A stretch of DNA of 63,361 bases, the filler included, from Lenisia limosa (taxonomy: Eukaryota; Protista; Breviatea): NCBI GenBank assembly GCA_001655205.1. It is 12 parts of 12 records of this genome, joined end to end, with 100 filler letters (N's around TTAATTAATTAA, not from the genome) between each part and the next. Parts side by side here need not be neighbours in the genome. Positions count along the whole stretch, not along the records: positions 1 to 5,708 come from LPNZ01009400.1; positions 5,809 to 8,873 come from LPNZ01009641.1; positions 8,974 to 12,661 come from LPNZ01004916.1; positions 12,762 to 14,637 come from LPNZ01000394.1; 8 more parts are not named here. One strand, 5' to 3'. The stretch's first letter is position 1. The number at the start of each line of letters is the position of its first letter. Below are positions 1 through 13,432 of the stretch, piece after piece. The translations under genes were made by a program, and so were the position numbers. Below the pieces are notes generated by a model. That model was not told the origin of the DNA, did not search any database, and was given only the letters and a program-made list of their open reading frames with translations.

Positions 1-190
1 GGGGGGGGGGGGTTGAAAAACTGTAATTTACAAAAAAAAAACAGCAACAGCAGCAACAAATATTAATTTGATCACCATCAGAGACACACGAGCAATGGTT
101 TAAACAAATGCACCACTGCTTGCATCGAATATACCTTTTTATCCTGGTAGAATCATGAAATAATCATGAATTCCCGATATGAGAACGAAC

Positions 191-895
191 CTTCATGGCA
201 TTGACAGTAGTTACAGTGTCTTGCATAGACTGTTGCACAAACTGCTGTTGGTCAATGTTGAATTGTTGTTGCATCATTTGGTTTCTTTGGCCTTCGTACC
301 TGAAATCTAATAACGGGATAGAAGGCAATAAAAACAGGAAGGTGTGGGATTAATAATAGTAATGATAAAAAGCATAAAGCAGAAACCACAAGCACAAGTA
401 TTTCACAAGTAAGTTACGCCCACCAAAAGCCGATATTTCCAAATAGCAATTTGGGCGTCTAATCTATCACAAAAAACAGTAGCCATAGAAAGTGCCATCA
501 GCCAACATTTTCTTTTGCTTCAAGACCTGCATTGCCCTTTGTTTTGTCATCTGAAGACTTGGGCCGCGTTGCTTAGCCATTTGCTCCTTGTACCTAACAG
601 TTAGACCGATGATGAATTTATCCAAAAGGAAGCCCACAACAGTCATTCACCACAGTAAATTGGATTTTTTAAAAAATAAGAAGCGCAGAAAGGACAGTAA
701 CACCAGCAACCAACTTTAATAATTCTTGATCAAGCTTTCGGATTTTGGCATCAATGACCTCGCAACGCGAGTCCATGCTACGAGAAGCATCTTCCAGGCT
801 AGGAGCTGGACCCTAAAGTGTAAATTAAGATGAGAGGGAAGCAAAGAGTGGGTATCACCAACAGTAGACTTCTTTGCTCCAAAAAGACGATTCAT
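191..895 (-). CDS. VPS60: ESCRT-III protein Vps60/CHMP5, multi-exon; 3' exons not found in the window
   Basis: Spliced translation MNRLFGAKK..GPAPSLEDASRSMDSRCEVIDAKIRKLDQELLK|YKEQMAKQRGPSLQMTKQRAMQVLKQKKM|YEGQRNQMMQQQFNIDQ..MQDTVTTVNAMK matches the CHMP5/Vps60 Snf7-family pattern. Confidence 0.9.
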
Positions 896-1206
896 TTTCG
901 TTCTGACCTGTTCGTGTTGTCGTTTTTGTTTTCCCCTTAACTACAGTGTTACACTTATTCGCAAATTNNNNNNNNNNNNNNNNNNNNNNNNNNNNNNNNN
1001 NNNNNNNNNNNNNNNNNNNNNNNNNNNNNNNNNNNNNNNNNNNNNNNNNNNNNNNNNNNNNNNNNNNNNNNNNNNNNNNNNNNNNNNNNNNNNNNNNNNN
1101 NNNNNNNNNNNNNNNNCTGTTGAAATTAAACAAAAACTAAATTCACAAAAAAACGTTCAAGACAGACAGACTAAAGAGGAGAGGCCACCCCCCCCCCTTG
1201 TACACA

Positions 1207-3143
1207 ATGAAACATGGAAATATTCAGGAGATACTCTCAAACTATGACACCTTTCTTTTTGACTGTGATGGAGTGTTGTGGACATCGGCAACGGCGGTTC
1301 CNNNNNNNNNNNNNNNNNNNNNNNNNNNNNNNNNNNNNNNNNNNNNNNNNNNNNNNNNNNNNNNNNNNNNNNNNNNNNNNNNNNNNNNNNNNNNNNNNNN
1401 NNNNNNNNNNNNNTTCTTTGTTACCAACAATTCTACTAAGTCGAGAAACCAGTATTTGAAGAAGTTCAAGGAGCTGAACTTTCAGGCCAGCGAGGTTTGT
1501 GGCTCAACTTTCTTGCGTGTGGTGTATGAAATCAACCATTTTAGGATGAAATTTTGTCTTCATCCTTCGCCACTGCGCAGCTGTTGAAGTCCAAGGTCTC
1601 ACAGAGCGGGCAGGTCTTCGTTCTTGGCGAGGGTGGCATCCATGAGGAGGTTGGTGCTCACTGAAGCGTTAATATACTAGTGCAAGCGAGCTCAAGTGAA
1701 AACATTCTCTTTGGAGAAGGTGAGTGGTGTTCTACCTTGGACTGAGATTCAACCCTCTTGTAAATGGGCCTTTTGAATTTGACTTCAGGATATTGACATT
1801 CCTAATGGCCTGACCTCTATTGTCCCTCGGGATAATGTTGAAGCTGTTGTCGTCGGAATGGACCGAAGCTTTAACTACGATAAAGTGGCGTTGGCACAAT
1901 TGTAAGTTTGACACTACCCAGTTCACATATCAGCTATATCAATCGCGGAGCTCCGTTCTATGCAACAAATGCAGATGACACTTTCCCGATGGGTGGTGGC
2001 TTGTTCCTTCCAGGTCTGCTTTGGTTTATCTGTTGCTTATATGATCACAGGTGGTGGTGTTGTTGTTGCATCTGTTGAAAGGTGTGCGGGTGTAAAAGCC
2101 GAAGTAATTGGAAAGCCATCACGCACTATGCTCTCGATTTTGGAGGAACAGTATGGGGTTAATTTCTTCAAACATTAATTGTACGGAGTTCTAATTCTGC
2201 TTTACTTTTTAGACACTCCATTGACCTGTCTAAAGCGGTAATGGTAGGGGGTTATCTGTGTCAAAGGAGTTGGGATCTTGATTTAAAAACCTTTCTATTT
2301 TAACCAACAATCCAACTTTGACTGAGTACAAAAAATGTTCACCTATTGTATTTCCTGATCTCTAGTATAATTGTTCAGGGTATTAAGTTGATTCGTGTTT
2401 AAGTTGTATCACGTTTCTTCATGTTGTCTGTCATTTAGCTCTTAGGTTGGTGATCGACTTGAGACAGATATTCAATTTGCTTCAGCAAATGGTATCGATT
2501 CTATTCTGGTGGCGACTGGTAGGTTTGGTTACCCTTTGTGAGAATTACACCAAAGTATGAACTTAAGGTAGTTCCTTTTTGTACCAAAAAAATTGACAGC
2601 TTTGGGTAGCAAAAACAAAAGCCCATTTTCCGAACTAAGGGGTTTTTCCAATTTTTGGGGTTTAAAGGTATAATATTTGGGGGATTTGAATAACATTTCC
2701 TCAAAGACTGCGTCATTCTCTCTTGCAATTTTGGCCTCATATAGCCTCGGTTAATCACAATCTAGGCCATTATCACCCATTTTTAAATTTCCATGTCAGG
2801 GTCTCCCCTATGAAATATCTTGAAGGGTCATTTTATTTACGTCACACGATTTTATCAATTTTTGGCCACATCAAAAAAAGGACTGAAACACCTAATGAAT
2901 CAATTAAAGCACAAAATTATTCGAATGGATCTATCTGGTGGAGGGGTATTATGACACACAGGTATTATTGTTATGGATGACCACTCTAATTACTTCCTAT
3001 TTTTGCTTTTTAAAATATGATTCTCTACTGTACGTGTTGATTTGTCAGGAGTTGCAACTGAGGAGCAAGGTCATCAAGCACCCACAATTATGCACCCAAC
3101 TTACTTTGTCCCTTCTGTTGGAATGTTTGCAGCGGAAGAGTAA
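1207..3143 (+). CDS. PGP: HAD-IIA phosphatase (phosphoglycolate / 4-nitrophenyl phosphatase, PGP/PHO13 type), multi-exon
   Basis: Motifs FLFDCDGVLW, FVTNNSTKSR, VIGKPS and VGDRLETDIQF; last exon GVATEEQ..HPTYFVPSVG with stop at 3141-3143. Confidence 0.92.
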
Positions 3144-3257
3144 ATATGGTGAAGGTTCAGGTTCAGGTATCACTCGGTAATGTAAAAAAACAAAACATCC
3201 ATTAATGCCACCCGCGTCACATAAAACTACCATTTACCTATAGATAATACCATCTTT

Positions 3258-5644
3258 CTAGGCAACATTCGTCAGTTGCCGTGTTTCCTTGATAAATGAA
3301 AGGCTCTTGAGATTCTTGAGGTAAATTGGCCAAAAGATCAAAGCAAGAGTGATGACCAAGAATATTGAGTTGAGAATGATGAATTCACCATCCATATATG
3401 CATGGACTGCCATCAAAACTGGAGTCTAAAGAAGGATAAAAGATGAACTGGCCATACCTGTAATAACATAAACACTCCAATCAGCCCCATGAGAACTGCT
3501 GCAATTCTGCCGTATTTTGCAGCATTCAACCATCTGGGACTGTAAACTTCATACCTTACCAACCTGTTGATGAAGGGGAAAATTCCAGCGAAAAGAAGAG
3601 ACCTCCCTGCCCCTTGAAGAAGGAATGTCAGGATCTGAAGAGGGGAAAATTAGACAATTGAATGTCATTACGCAATATTCATAATGTTTCCAACCTGTAC
3701 TTCAAGAATTTGGATCATAGCACAGATGAGGAAAAGCACCTGGACCAACCAGGCAACGAAAAAGATTGCTGCAAAGCCATATCTGACGATTATGAGAGAG
3801 GGAACCTTACCCATCTACAATCCTTCCAGCTACGGGGTAAAACACCCACGAAAACGCTGATAAAATGGCATATATCTTCAGATAGGTCTGCAGCAAGTCA
3901 GATGAGAAAGAACATGTGAATCTCACCCCATCATCATCACCCATGTTTTCAAGTTGAAATGCCACCGTACCGAAGTACGAAAATAAAATAAAGACCGCTG
4001 AAAAATGAATTACATAATTTCATGGAGCTTACAGATTACACTGAAAATTGAGAGGTACAAAAATACTTGAGAAAACAAAATCGTGGAAAGTTTCACATCA
4101 GATGTTGGAATCTCAGAAAGGGGCTAGAGAGATATGATAAGGGATGTCACATGCAGAGACAAACAGGCCGGACTTTCTCCTTTGTGTGAGTTACGACAAC
4201 TAACAAGAAGACAAAGCAAAGTGGGATGAGGTAATAGAGGAAGATTTCTTTGTGGTTTAAGTCATAAGTTGAGGCCAGGACCTAGGTGATGAAGAAAGCA
4301 GTAGAGGAGAAAATCATGCAATCAGGTGATATGACTTTTACTTCCAAAAATAAGGTATTCCCCTAATCGTACCTGGAAGACAACAAAAACAATTGCTGAC
4401 AATGCAAAACTCGCAGAAAAGAGAGACGACAATGATCCTCGAATTTTTGGAAATAAATTCTAAACCATAAGAGATGCCTTACTGATGACCCACTTGGAGA
4501 TGATGAGTAGACTGAGACAATCCACTTCCACCAGCACTCATAAGCGCCAAACCAGGTGCAAAAAGATCCAATCCTAGAAATGACAGAAAAACAGCCAAAC
4601 CATCAGAGTCAGAAAGCCCAAAGAAGAGGACTCCCGTCATGATGAATAGCATACTTATGACGCCTGATACCCTCGGTCTACTGTGTCATATTCGTAAAAA
4701 TTTTTACAATATGACACTCAACAACATCATTGTTCTTACCCATAGGCATCCAACACTCAAAAACATCATTGTTCTTACCCATAGGCATCCAACACTCAAA
4801 AACATATTGTTCTTACCCATAGGCATCCAACACGAAACCGAAACAAAAGCCAAACTAAAAGGTCAATGAAGCTATGTGTATCTTGCAACATCCATCACAT
4901 GAGTCTCCTCCACCCACAGCCATCATGCTACTCCCAGCAGAATACACAAAATTGAGACTAACTGCCTGCTCATCACACACTTCATCATCTGGAGTGTCTG
5001 CAGGGCATTCTGACAGCATTAAAAGAAACAAGATCGGTACAAACCCCTATTCCTTCAATACTACCACCAAGGTTGCTGCCGTTCATACCTTCCCTATATT
5101 GACCTTCATCTCTCAAGATTTTAAACATTGCTGCCCATCCCAAATAAAGACCGGTTGCAAGTACGCCCTACAATGTAACAAAAGCACTTGAAGGTACCAA
5201 CCCCCCATCTAATCTCAAAACAAGAGCTCTTTTTTGATTACACTTTTTGAACGAGAAAAAAGGGGTTCCCAAAAACAAAAGATGACATCATATTCATGGT
5301 GGCAGCCAGAAGATAATCAGCAGTGATTTACCAATGCCACAAAATTAAAAAGAGCACGGATTGACAATGGCAGTATGTTCACATGCCCCCCCCCCAACTT
5401 CAATAGCAGCGAACAGAAGCAGAAGAATTTTGCGACTTGTCTTGAGCTCGTTTGCCAGGTCTCTTGGAAGTGGCTGGCCAGGCTCAGCGTCCACAGTAGA
5501 CCCGTTTTCATGGCATGGGGATGCAATGTCTATGGTTGTTGTCTGGGATGCCGCCGCTTGAAGGGGGGAACTTTCAGTGGGAGGGAGTTTTCGTGGGGTT
5601 GTGGGGGTTGCTTGCACATCAATAACATGGGCCCCATCACTCAT
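3258..5644 (-). CDS. SLC43/Fmp42-like MFS amino-acid transporter, multi-exon
   Basis: Exons GVLATGLYLGWAAMFKILRDEGQY, C..EQAVSLNFVYSAGS and GFVLDAYG|PRVSG, plus many TM segments; stop at 3258-3260. Convergent with PGP, about 115 bp between the stops. Confidence 0.75.
4714..4833. repeat. 39-bp tandem repeat, about 3 copies, triplicating an exon end and splice donor of the SLC43-like gene
   Basis: Unit aacatcattgttcttacccataggcatccaacactcaaa; on the minus strand each copy contains GATGCCTATGG|GTAAGA. Confidence 0.9.
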
Positions 5645-5708
5645 GTTATTCCAGTAAACAAAAATGGAAAAAAATAATAAAATAATAATTAAAAAAAAAT
5701 TGGTAAAA

Positions 5709-5808
5709 NNNNNNNNNNNNNNNNNNNNNNNNNNNNNNNNNNNNNNNNNNNNTTAATTAATTAANNNNNNNNNNNNNNNNNNNNNNNNNNNNNNNNNNNN
5801 NNNNNNNN
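5709..5808. other. Artificial contig linker N44-TTAATTAATTAA-N44 (first of 11)
   Basis: The same 100-bp structure recurs at 8874-8973, 12662-12761, 14638-14737, 16446-16545, 46337-46436, 53772-53871, 56175-56274, 57414-57513, 59645-59744 and 61441-61540. The core has stop codons in all six frames. Confidence 0.97.
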
Positions 5809-6242
5809 TTTCAAGGGTGAAGTTGTGGATAAGAAGTGTAAGTTATGGCTTGTCTAAAGGGGTGGCTTTTTGAAAAAAAGTCTGTAGTTGCAAAAATTAC
5901 GCCTTTTATTTTTTTAATTTTGTTTATAAAAATACCACTTCTGTTACTTTTTATTTTTTGACACTGCCACCCCCTTTTTAGATGAGCTCTATTTTATGGT
6001 GTAAAGAGTGATGAATAATATCATTGTGTACGCTGGAGTGATGGGATGCGGTGCTAAAGAAGAAGCAACTGGCCTGGGCTTTGTTNNNNNNNNNNNNNNN
6101 NNNNNNNNNNNNNNNNNNNNNNNNNNNNNNNNNNNNNNNNNNNNNNNNNNNNNNNNNNNNNNNNNNNNNNNNNNNNNNNNNNNNNNNNNNNNNNNNNNNN
6201 NNNNNNNNNNNNNNNNNNNNNNNNNNNNNNNNNNNNNNNNNN

Positions 6243-8873
6243 CGGCTCTAATGTAGTAATTCTCAAAATTGAGGTGAGCGTCAGATAGGGCTTTTCGAAA
6301 AAAGACTGAATTTCTCGATAAATCCTCGAACTATCAATATTGTACCGGTATATTTCGAGCCAAAATACTATTGCTAAAGATTGCATAAATTTTCCTATTT
6401 CACCTGGTCTGGGCTTTGTTTTGTTGTTATCAACCCTCATGTGGTATTAGTCAACAGAGTTGATTTTTGGCTTTTTGCTTCATAAATTTTCCAACTTTAC
6501 TCCGCCCCTCTCAGGGTGGCGTCATTGTTGAAAGCGGGTTCACAACCTTGGAACACGACCCCGCCTGTTTAAGCATGTTCACAAAGGAGGGAGAAGTCGT
6601 ACCAAGATGGTAGGCCCAGTCGGGCTTCACTCTAGTCTGAAAAATACCGTTAAAATAACTTAACGCAGCTCCATCCATGTTAAAATGACTTTTGGCCGAT
6701 ATTTTTCATCCATGTTCAAATGACTTTTGGCCGATATTTTTCCTTCGTTTTACCCCCCCCCCCTCCTCAGGATCGTAGTCGGCGAATGGGAGACCAACGT
6801 GGTTCAAGTCATCTCATATCCTGATTTGAAGGTGGGGGGTCTCCTGATTTGAAGGTGAGGGGTCTGCTCTTCACTTCGATTCACAAAAATACTGAATTTC
6901 TCGAGAAATCCTCGAAAACTATCGATATCGTACCGGTATTTTTCGAACCGAAGTGAAGACCAAGTTCTATCGTGAGTTGAAGGGGCAGGGTTCTGTCATG
7001 GGGCATTAGTGGAGGAAATCTGGGGATGGCAACCTGTCTTTTGAGAGCGATTTGAAGTTAACGTCTTCTTCATCGAAAATGCCTGCTTTTTTTTTCCCCT
7101 TCCAAGAGTTAATTTTGGCATTTTTTGTTTCATAAATTTCCCTCGTTTTACCCCCCCCCCCAGGTGGTGGCTACTACGGAGGCGGAGGATACGCCCCCCA
7201 GATCTGGACTNNNNNNNNNNNNNNNNNNNNNNNNNNNNNNNNNNNNNNNNNNNNNNNNNNNNNNNNNNNNNNNNNNNNNNNNNNNNNNNNNNNNNNNNNN
7301 NNNNNNNNNNNNNNNNNNNNNNCAGATTCTGGGGCTCTTCATGATAGAGTCGCATCCCTCATAGAGCCTCACTTCGGTTCAAAACCTCTCGATAAAGATC
7401 CCGGCCACAGTATTTTTTTATGTGCTTATATCTGACATTCAAGGGCCTGACTCTTCTTGTTGTCGGCTACGGTGACGGCAAATTGGTGACCCATCCCTTC
7501 AATGTAGATTCTGGGGTAGGAGGTCGAGGTAAATGGCAATAAACATGGAGTGGGCCTACACTCCAATATTCTTCATCGAAGTTTCCTTGGTTTTACCATA
7601 CAATCTTATCCCCCTCTTATCCCCCAGGCAATCCAGGCCCCATCAAAGTCCATGCTTGGGTCCCAACCCGTGACCCTGTCTCTCTTCAAGTATGTGGGGG
7701 GGGGGGGGGGNNNNNNNNNNNNNNNNNNNNNNNNNNNNNNNNNNNNNNNNNNNNNNNNNNNNNNNNNNNNNNNNNNNNNNNNNNNNNNNNNNNNNNNNNN
7801 NNNNNNNNNNNNNNNNNNNNNNNNNNNNNNNNNNNNNNNNNNNNNNNNNNNNNNNNNNNNNNNNNNNNNNNNNNNNNNNNNNNNNNNNNNNNNNNNNNNN
7901 NNNNNNNNNNNNNNNNNNNNNNNNNNNNNNNNNNNNNNNNNNNNNNNNNNNGTTATCCACGCCTCCTCCTCAAAACTATGCTTCTCTAATATCAATCTAC
8001 CTGTGGGGGGATACATTATCTGCCCATTGTGTAGTATGCTATACTGGAATACACGCAGAAAGCTACGTGTACAGAGTTGTAAGGCAAATGATTGGGTGAA
8101 TTACAATTATACTATAATCCAATGTATCTTATAAGCGTATTGATGTGGCTGGCTATGTTATGGAAACTATGCTTCTCTAATATCAATTTACCTGTGGGAG
8201 GTACACTCTCTGCCTATAATGTATCAGTGAAACTCTGCTTGTCTATTGAAGATTCACATACTACATGTATACAGTGACCGGGATCAGTCTTGACCTATTT
8301 TCCTTGGGAAATCATAGAGCAAATCGGTCAAGAATTATCCAGGTCACTGTATATTTGAGGAGTTTTACTCCTGCCGCCTTTTTCCTCACTTCACTAATTC
8401 AAAAGGTGGTCGATCGAGCCATTCCACTCAATACGCCAACCTTCCCTAACTCGTAAGATGGGGACTGCCACAAAAGGCTGTGTTAGCATCACATTTCGAA
8501 AGGGGGGTAATCTGAATTGAGGCTCTTTTTTTGCATTAAAGTCGCAATTGAAACTAGGATCATAACAATCCGGCAGTTTTAAATGGCATATCCTGACATA
8601 CGACCAGGAAAATATCAATATTTAATGACCCTCTGTTAGCTAGAAACACACGAGGGTTGATAAAAGAAGTCTTCCTCCCAGTCCCTATCTTATTGGAGGA
8701 TTCTTCAATATTTAAACTTATATGGATATGTAATACAATCAACATATGTTCATGTCACCAACATATGTTCGTATAATCCACACATGTTCATCTAATCGAA
8801 TCATTCCCCAGACTCGCCATTTCCACGGGAGACGAACTGATCATTGGAGCTATCAACAGGATCCAAAAGCTGC
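6243..8873 (+). CDS. DDB1: DNA damage-binding protein 1 (DDB1), internal exons only
   Basis: Exons TTLEHDPACLS..IVVGEWETNVVQVISYPDLK|VVATTEAEDTPPRSGL, LLVVGYGDGKL, SMLGSQPVTLSLFK, VIHASSSKLCFSNINL, AIPLNTPTFPNS and LAISTGDELIIGAINRIQKL are collinear with the DDB1 beta-propeller region (EHEVACL..LGDG..LGTQP..KLVFSNVNL..IGTIDEIQKL). Confidence 0.85.
6404..6510 (+). repeat. Repeat family 1 copy (about 140-bp intronic element) ending at the DDB1 acceptor
   Basis: ctgggctttgttttgttgttatcaaccctcatgtgg..caacagagttgatttt..cataaattttccaactttactccgcccctctcAG; homologous to copies at 6030, 7100, 9188, 49660, 49978, 51695, 52706, 52805, 56790 (reverse) and 59745 (reverse). Confidence 0.85.
6866..6961. 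mobile_element. MITE-like family 2 copy (about 90-95 bp, terminal inverted repeats)
   Basis: Consensus ends GGGCTTCACTTCGGTTCGAAAA...TTTTCGAACCGAAGTGAAGCCC with core gaatttctcgataaatcctcgaaaactatcgat. Lies in a DDB1 intron. Confidence 0.8.
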
Positions 8874-9032
8874 NNNNNNNNNNNNNNNNNNNNNNNNNNN
8901 NNNNNNNNNNNNNNNNNTTAATTAATTAANNNNNNNNNNNNNNNNNNNNNNNNNNNNNNNNNNNNNNNNNNNNCACCACCCCGAGTATTATTTTTCGCCA
9001 TTATGTTGAACAGTATTCATGGTATGATCATA

Positions 9033-9114
9033 TGACCGACAAGTCGAAATGATGAACGAAGTTAATGAGGGTTCACCCCGAGTGTATCAGGGTATCATTG
9101 AGACGTGTCGGTCA
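9033..9114. mobile_element. MITE-like family 3 copy (TGACCGAC...GTCGGTCA ends)
   Basis: A reverse-complement homolog is at 15598-15685 and a partial end is near 10657. Flanks are ATCATATG-rich. Confidence 0.65.
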
Positions 9115-9187
9115 ATTATAACGTGTGAAATGATTCAAAAAGTGAGATGGTGTCTAAATTTGTATTACTATATGGTGGCAGATCACC

Positions 9188-9320
9188 CCCTGATGATGCG
9201 ATGCTACAGAAGCGACTGGGTTTTGTTTGTTTTGTTGTTATCAACTTGCGTTTGTCAGCCAACAGAGCTGATTTTAGGCTTTTTTTTATTTCATAATTCC
9301 AATTTTACTCCCCCCCCCCC
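9188..9320 (+). repeat. Repeat family 1 copy
   Basis: tgatgcgatgctacagaagcgactggg..tcaacttgcgtttgtcagccaacagagctgatttt..ttttactccccccccc, followed about 15 nt later by a TTTAG acceptor. Confidence 0.8.
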
Positions 9321-10734
9321 TATTTACCGCTTTAGCGTGCACCCGTCGGACTGTTGAGAATGGCAAGATTATTTGCCGCTAAAAGAGACTGTTTGGTCAG
9401 TCTCTCCCCTGGGTTATTTATGTTTATCTTTATGTAGGTTTCTTGTTGATTATTATGCTCTTTTATTTTGATATACTGTTAATTATGCGCAAATGGTTCA
9501 TTTTCAACTCTTGTCTACGAATACTATCACCTTTTTCTTCACCCGTTTTTGAAGTTGTTTTGTTCGTTGTTTAAAAGATTTATTGTTTTTGACAAAATTA
9601 GTGGTCCGTAATGCCGTTTTTTATGGTGAAGGTTAAGATTGGGAGATAATCTGGCGATGAGAGAGGTTACTCATCCGGGTTAAACGTAAAACCAATACAT
9701 AATTCATTTCGCTACATTGTCAATGTCAGCAGGAATTTACACGCACGGGTCATTAGTTCCTTCTGACCCTCTCCCAATCATCGGTTAGACATCGGGAAAT
9801 CTCTAAAAAGCAACTTGTCAGTGTTCTACGTCCAAATATGACAATTACAGTCCTAGAATATTTAATAATTAGTACATCCATCAGGCCTAATATACAACGA
9901 TCACAAATTATGTTTTCCACATAATCCGTTTAATGACACCGGAAGCGGCAGCTTTAGTGGCCCTTTTTTGAGGCAATGAGACTCCTAAAGAGATGTATCT
10001 TGCCGGCTGATAACAGCATTTGATTGTATTCACCCGCCTTAAAACTCTGTTGGGAAAGAGGGAAACAATAAGCTCAAACAAAAACTGAATCGGAATATTT
10101 TCATTTTGCTTCCCGAAGCTTTTCTATCATTTTCGATTAAAGTAATTTCAATTTAACTAAAATTATAACTACTCAGAATGCTTTTTTTCAAAATTTTGAT
10201 TTTTCGTCCAAATCTATGGTTGTTTGGTTTTGTGGATTTGTTTGTCACCTTATTTCTTTTTATTTGGACTTGTTTTTATTCTTCAACAGTTACAAAAAAA
10301 AAAGCGAAAAACAAGCCATTTTCAGAAAAACAAACCCAAATTTCAATTCGGAATTCGGGCAAAATTATCCAGAATTTGAAATTGTAAAATTTTTTTCTTC
10401 CATTTTGAGCTGTAATCTGAAATTTTGATGTCAATTGTCAAAAATCAATTGCAGAGATCCTACCTCTAAACCATACAGGATCACCGGGGGCACCTGGGAT
10501 CCCAAAAAATGTGATTCGTTTTATCACCCTGTACCCTCCAGGGGCTCTGAGCGACGCTTGAGGAGCGTGTGTCAAACTCAAGGGGAGATTTTGGGGGGTC
10601 CAGAGTGTCGTTTTATATTGTTTTTTTTAGTATTTGTGATACTGTATTTTGATTATTTGACCGACTTTCGAGTCGAAATATTCCCATATCATATTCACTA
10701 CTGAAATTACTGACTTGTCTGACAAGTTTCGGTC

Positions 10735-10833
10735 TAGGGCTTTACTTCGATTCAAAAAATACCGATAAAATATCGAAGATTTTCGAGGATTTATCGAGAC
10801 ATACAGTTTTGCTTTCGAACTGAAATGAAGCCC
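10735..10833. mobile_element. MITE-like family 2 copy (reverse orientation)
   Basis: tagggctttacttcgattc...gaactgaaatgaagccc with the reversed core ttttcgaggatttatcgag. Confidence 0.8.
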
Positions 10834-11299
10834 AAGTTCGGTCAGACAACCATATTTCTCATCTCGACATATACAGATGATATCTTGATCAGAGTGAAAC
10901 CTTCATAATAATTTTATAGATTCAACCCCAACACACAGACAGATCTGTATTCCTACTGACAACAGGCCGAATTGAGTCGCTACTTCAAATACTCCCGGCA
11001 AGCCAGTCATGCCATGTTGAAAAGTAGGCATGGGGGACTCATCTTTCACATTCGTGGCTGTTTTGTCACATTCGTCGTTGTTTTTTCATATTCGTAGATG
11101 TTTTGTTTCACATTCATAGATGCCTTGTTAGGTACAAGGGAGCGTCGAAGTCCCTAGTCAAAAGCCTGGTGAAAAGAGTTCGGTTTTTACTTTAGATTGA
11201 ATTATGTTTGAAAGGTGTTTTATGATACAAACACATACTAAGGACATTGACTTGGAAACCAAAATCACATTTTATTTCATCTAATTCCTGCAATGGGAT

Positions 11300-12660
11300 T
11301 CCCAAATGGATGCGCCAGTGGGTTCTGACTGCTTTTACAAGAACAAACATTACATTTCCTATTTTCTATACAAAACAAATAAAAAAACCCGAAAGAAAAC
11401 CAAGAGATAACATAAAAACCAATTTAGCAAGTTTCTTCTGAGACTGAGACATTTGACTGGTGCTTCTCCACCTGTGAAAGTGAAATGTGAGATTATGGTC
11501 TCTTGTTAGACAGGATTCACGAAGCAAAAATAAAACCTAAATTCAACTCTTAGTAACAAAAAGGACAAATAAATAATAATAAAAAAAGCCGGCTATTTAC
11601 AACTGCAGTACCGCAATGTCCAACACGTTAAAAGCAAATCCCAAAGAAACAATAACAACGAAAAAAATAAAGTGTTATTCCTGCGACCCACCTGAGGGGA
11701 GAGCGGCATAAGACTAACGAGGGACTTTCGAAGGGATGGTGGAAGCTCCGATGATGACGATAGAGACGCTGACGACCTGATGGGTGGAAGGGAACCGCTA
11801 GGGGGGGGGGGGGGNNNNNNNNNNNNNNNNNNNNNNNNNNNNNNNNNNNNNNNNNNNNNNNNNNNNNNNNNNNNNNNNNNNNNNNNNNNNNNNNNNNNNN
11901 NNNNNNNNNNNNNNNNNNNNNNNNNNNNNNNNNNNNNNNNNNNNNNNNNNNNNNNNNNNNNNNNNNNNNNNNNNTAAGGAGAGCTGATCAGGACTGGAAG
12001 CTCTGATAGGGGCACCCTTTCTAGTTAAACACGACTGGGTCATAGATGAAAAAAAAAATAAAAATAGGTAACTCCATACTTACAATGGTATTAACATAAT
12101 ATGGATAATATAGTGCCATTTTCGAGAGCAATCTGAATACCTCCAATCTCAAAAAAGGGTGTAAATAAAACATGGATAAAAACACATTCCAAAAAATGAT
12201 GTAAAAAAACCGCTTTTTACCATATTAGAAAATAAACCAATGATGTCAATGAAACACAGAATATAATAACACATTCCAACAATTGTGCGCGAAGTAGAAT
12301 GCGGAGTGAGTGGCTGGGACGCTAACAAATCAGGGGGAGCCAGAAGCAGCGGGGTGCTACTTGAGGCTACGGACTTAAGTGTNNNNNNNNNNNNNNNNNN
12401 NNNNNNNNNNNNNNNNNNNNNNNNNNNNNNNNNNNNNNNNNNNNNNNNNNNNNNNNNNNNNNNNNNNNNNNNNNNNNNNNNNNNNNNNNNNNNNNNNNNN
12501 NNNNNNNNNNNNNNNNNNNNNNNNNNNNNNNNNNNNNGACGCCCTCCCCTCTTTTTCCTTTCCAAAAAAATGAGAATACAACAAAACAAGCCAATAGACC
12601 ACCCCTGCCCACTGCGAGAGTTGGTGGTTGTTCCACCTGGATTTCAGAAGGAAGCATATA
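11300..12660 (-). CDS. Exon fragments of an unidentified Ser/Pro-rich protein
   Basis: Open GC-richer blocks with plausible splice sites (e.g. LPPIRSSASLSSSSELPPSLRKSLVSLMPLSPQ|GT), interrupted by gaps; no recognisable domain. Confidence 0.35.
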
Positions 12661-13432
12661 GNNNNNNNNNNNNNNNNNNNNNNNNNNNNNNNNNNNNNNN
12701 NNNNNTTAATTAATTAANNNNNNNNNNNNNNNNNNNNNNNNNNNNNNNNNNNNNNNNNNNNATAAGGTATACATAGCAGAGGGGGGGGGGGTGCTCTGCT
12801 ATAAAAGGCCAAATTTCGCGAGAGGTCCAAAAGAAAACTTATAAGGTATAATAATTGATATGATATGGTTTAGTCCCAACACCCATCATCTAGGACCCTA
12901 TTTTCACATACACACACACCATAATTTATAACTTAATAGTGCAATTGCTCCCCTCACACCGCCTTGTAACTTCTTATCCTCCACCCCACCCCTCCAACAT
13001 TTGCCATCTAATAATCCGCCCCATCCCGTCAGTATCATGTTTATTTACTTTTACCTTTTGAAGACCAATATCAATAACAGTATTATTCGTCATCCATAGT
13101 TAATCTGTCATTTATAGTCATAATATCGTTTGTGTGATTAGTGGTTGAATTAATAACCCCAATATCAGTGTTATTTTGAGATATATTAGTTTGGTTTGTG
13201 TATTATCAGTTACCAATGTTTCAACAGCTTGTGCATTATTCTTTAAACTTGTTTCCAAAATCAGTTACATATTATATGTATTTCCAACCTGTAATCAAGT
13301 TGGCCAATTAATATTTGAGGCTTCATTAACGTCATCAAAGGCTTTTTCAAGTCGTGGGATTTCAAGGGAACTGTCTTCGCCCAATATTCTTCACTAACTA
13401 ATATTTTACCTGTTTCAACACCAACTTTTCAG

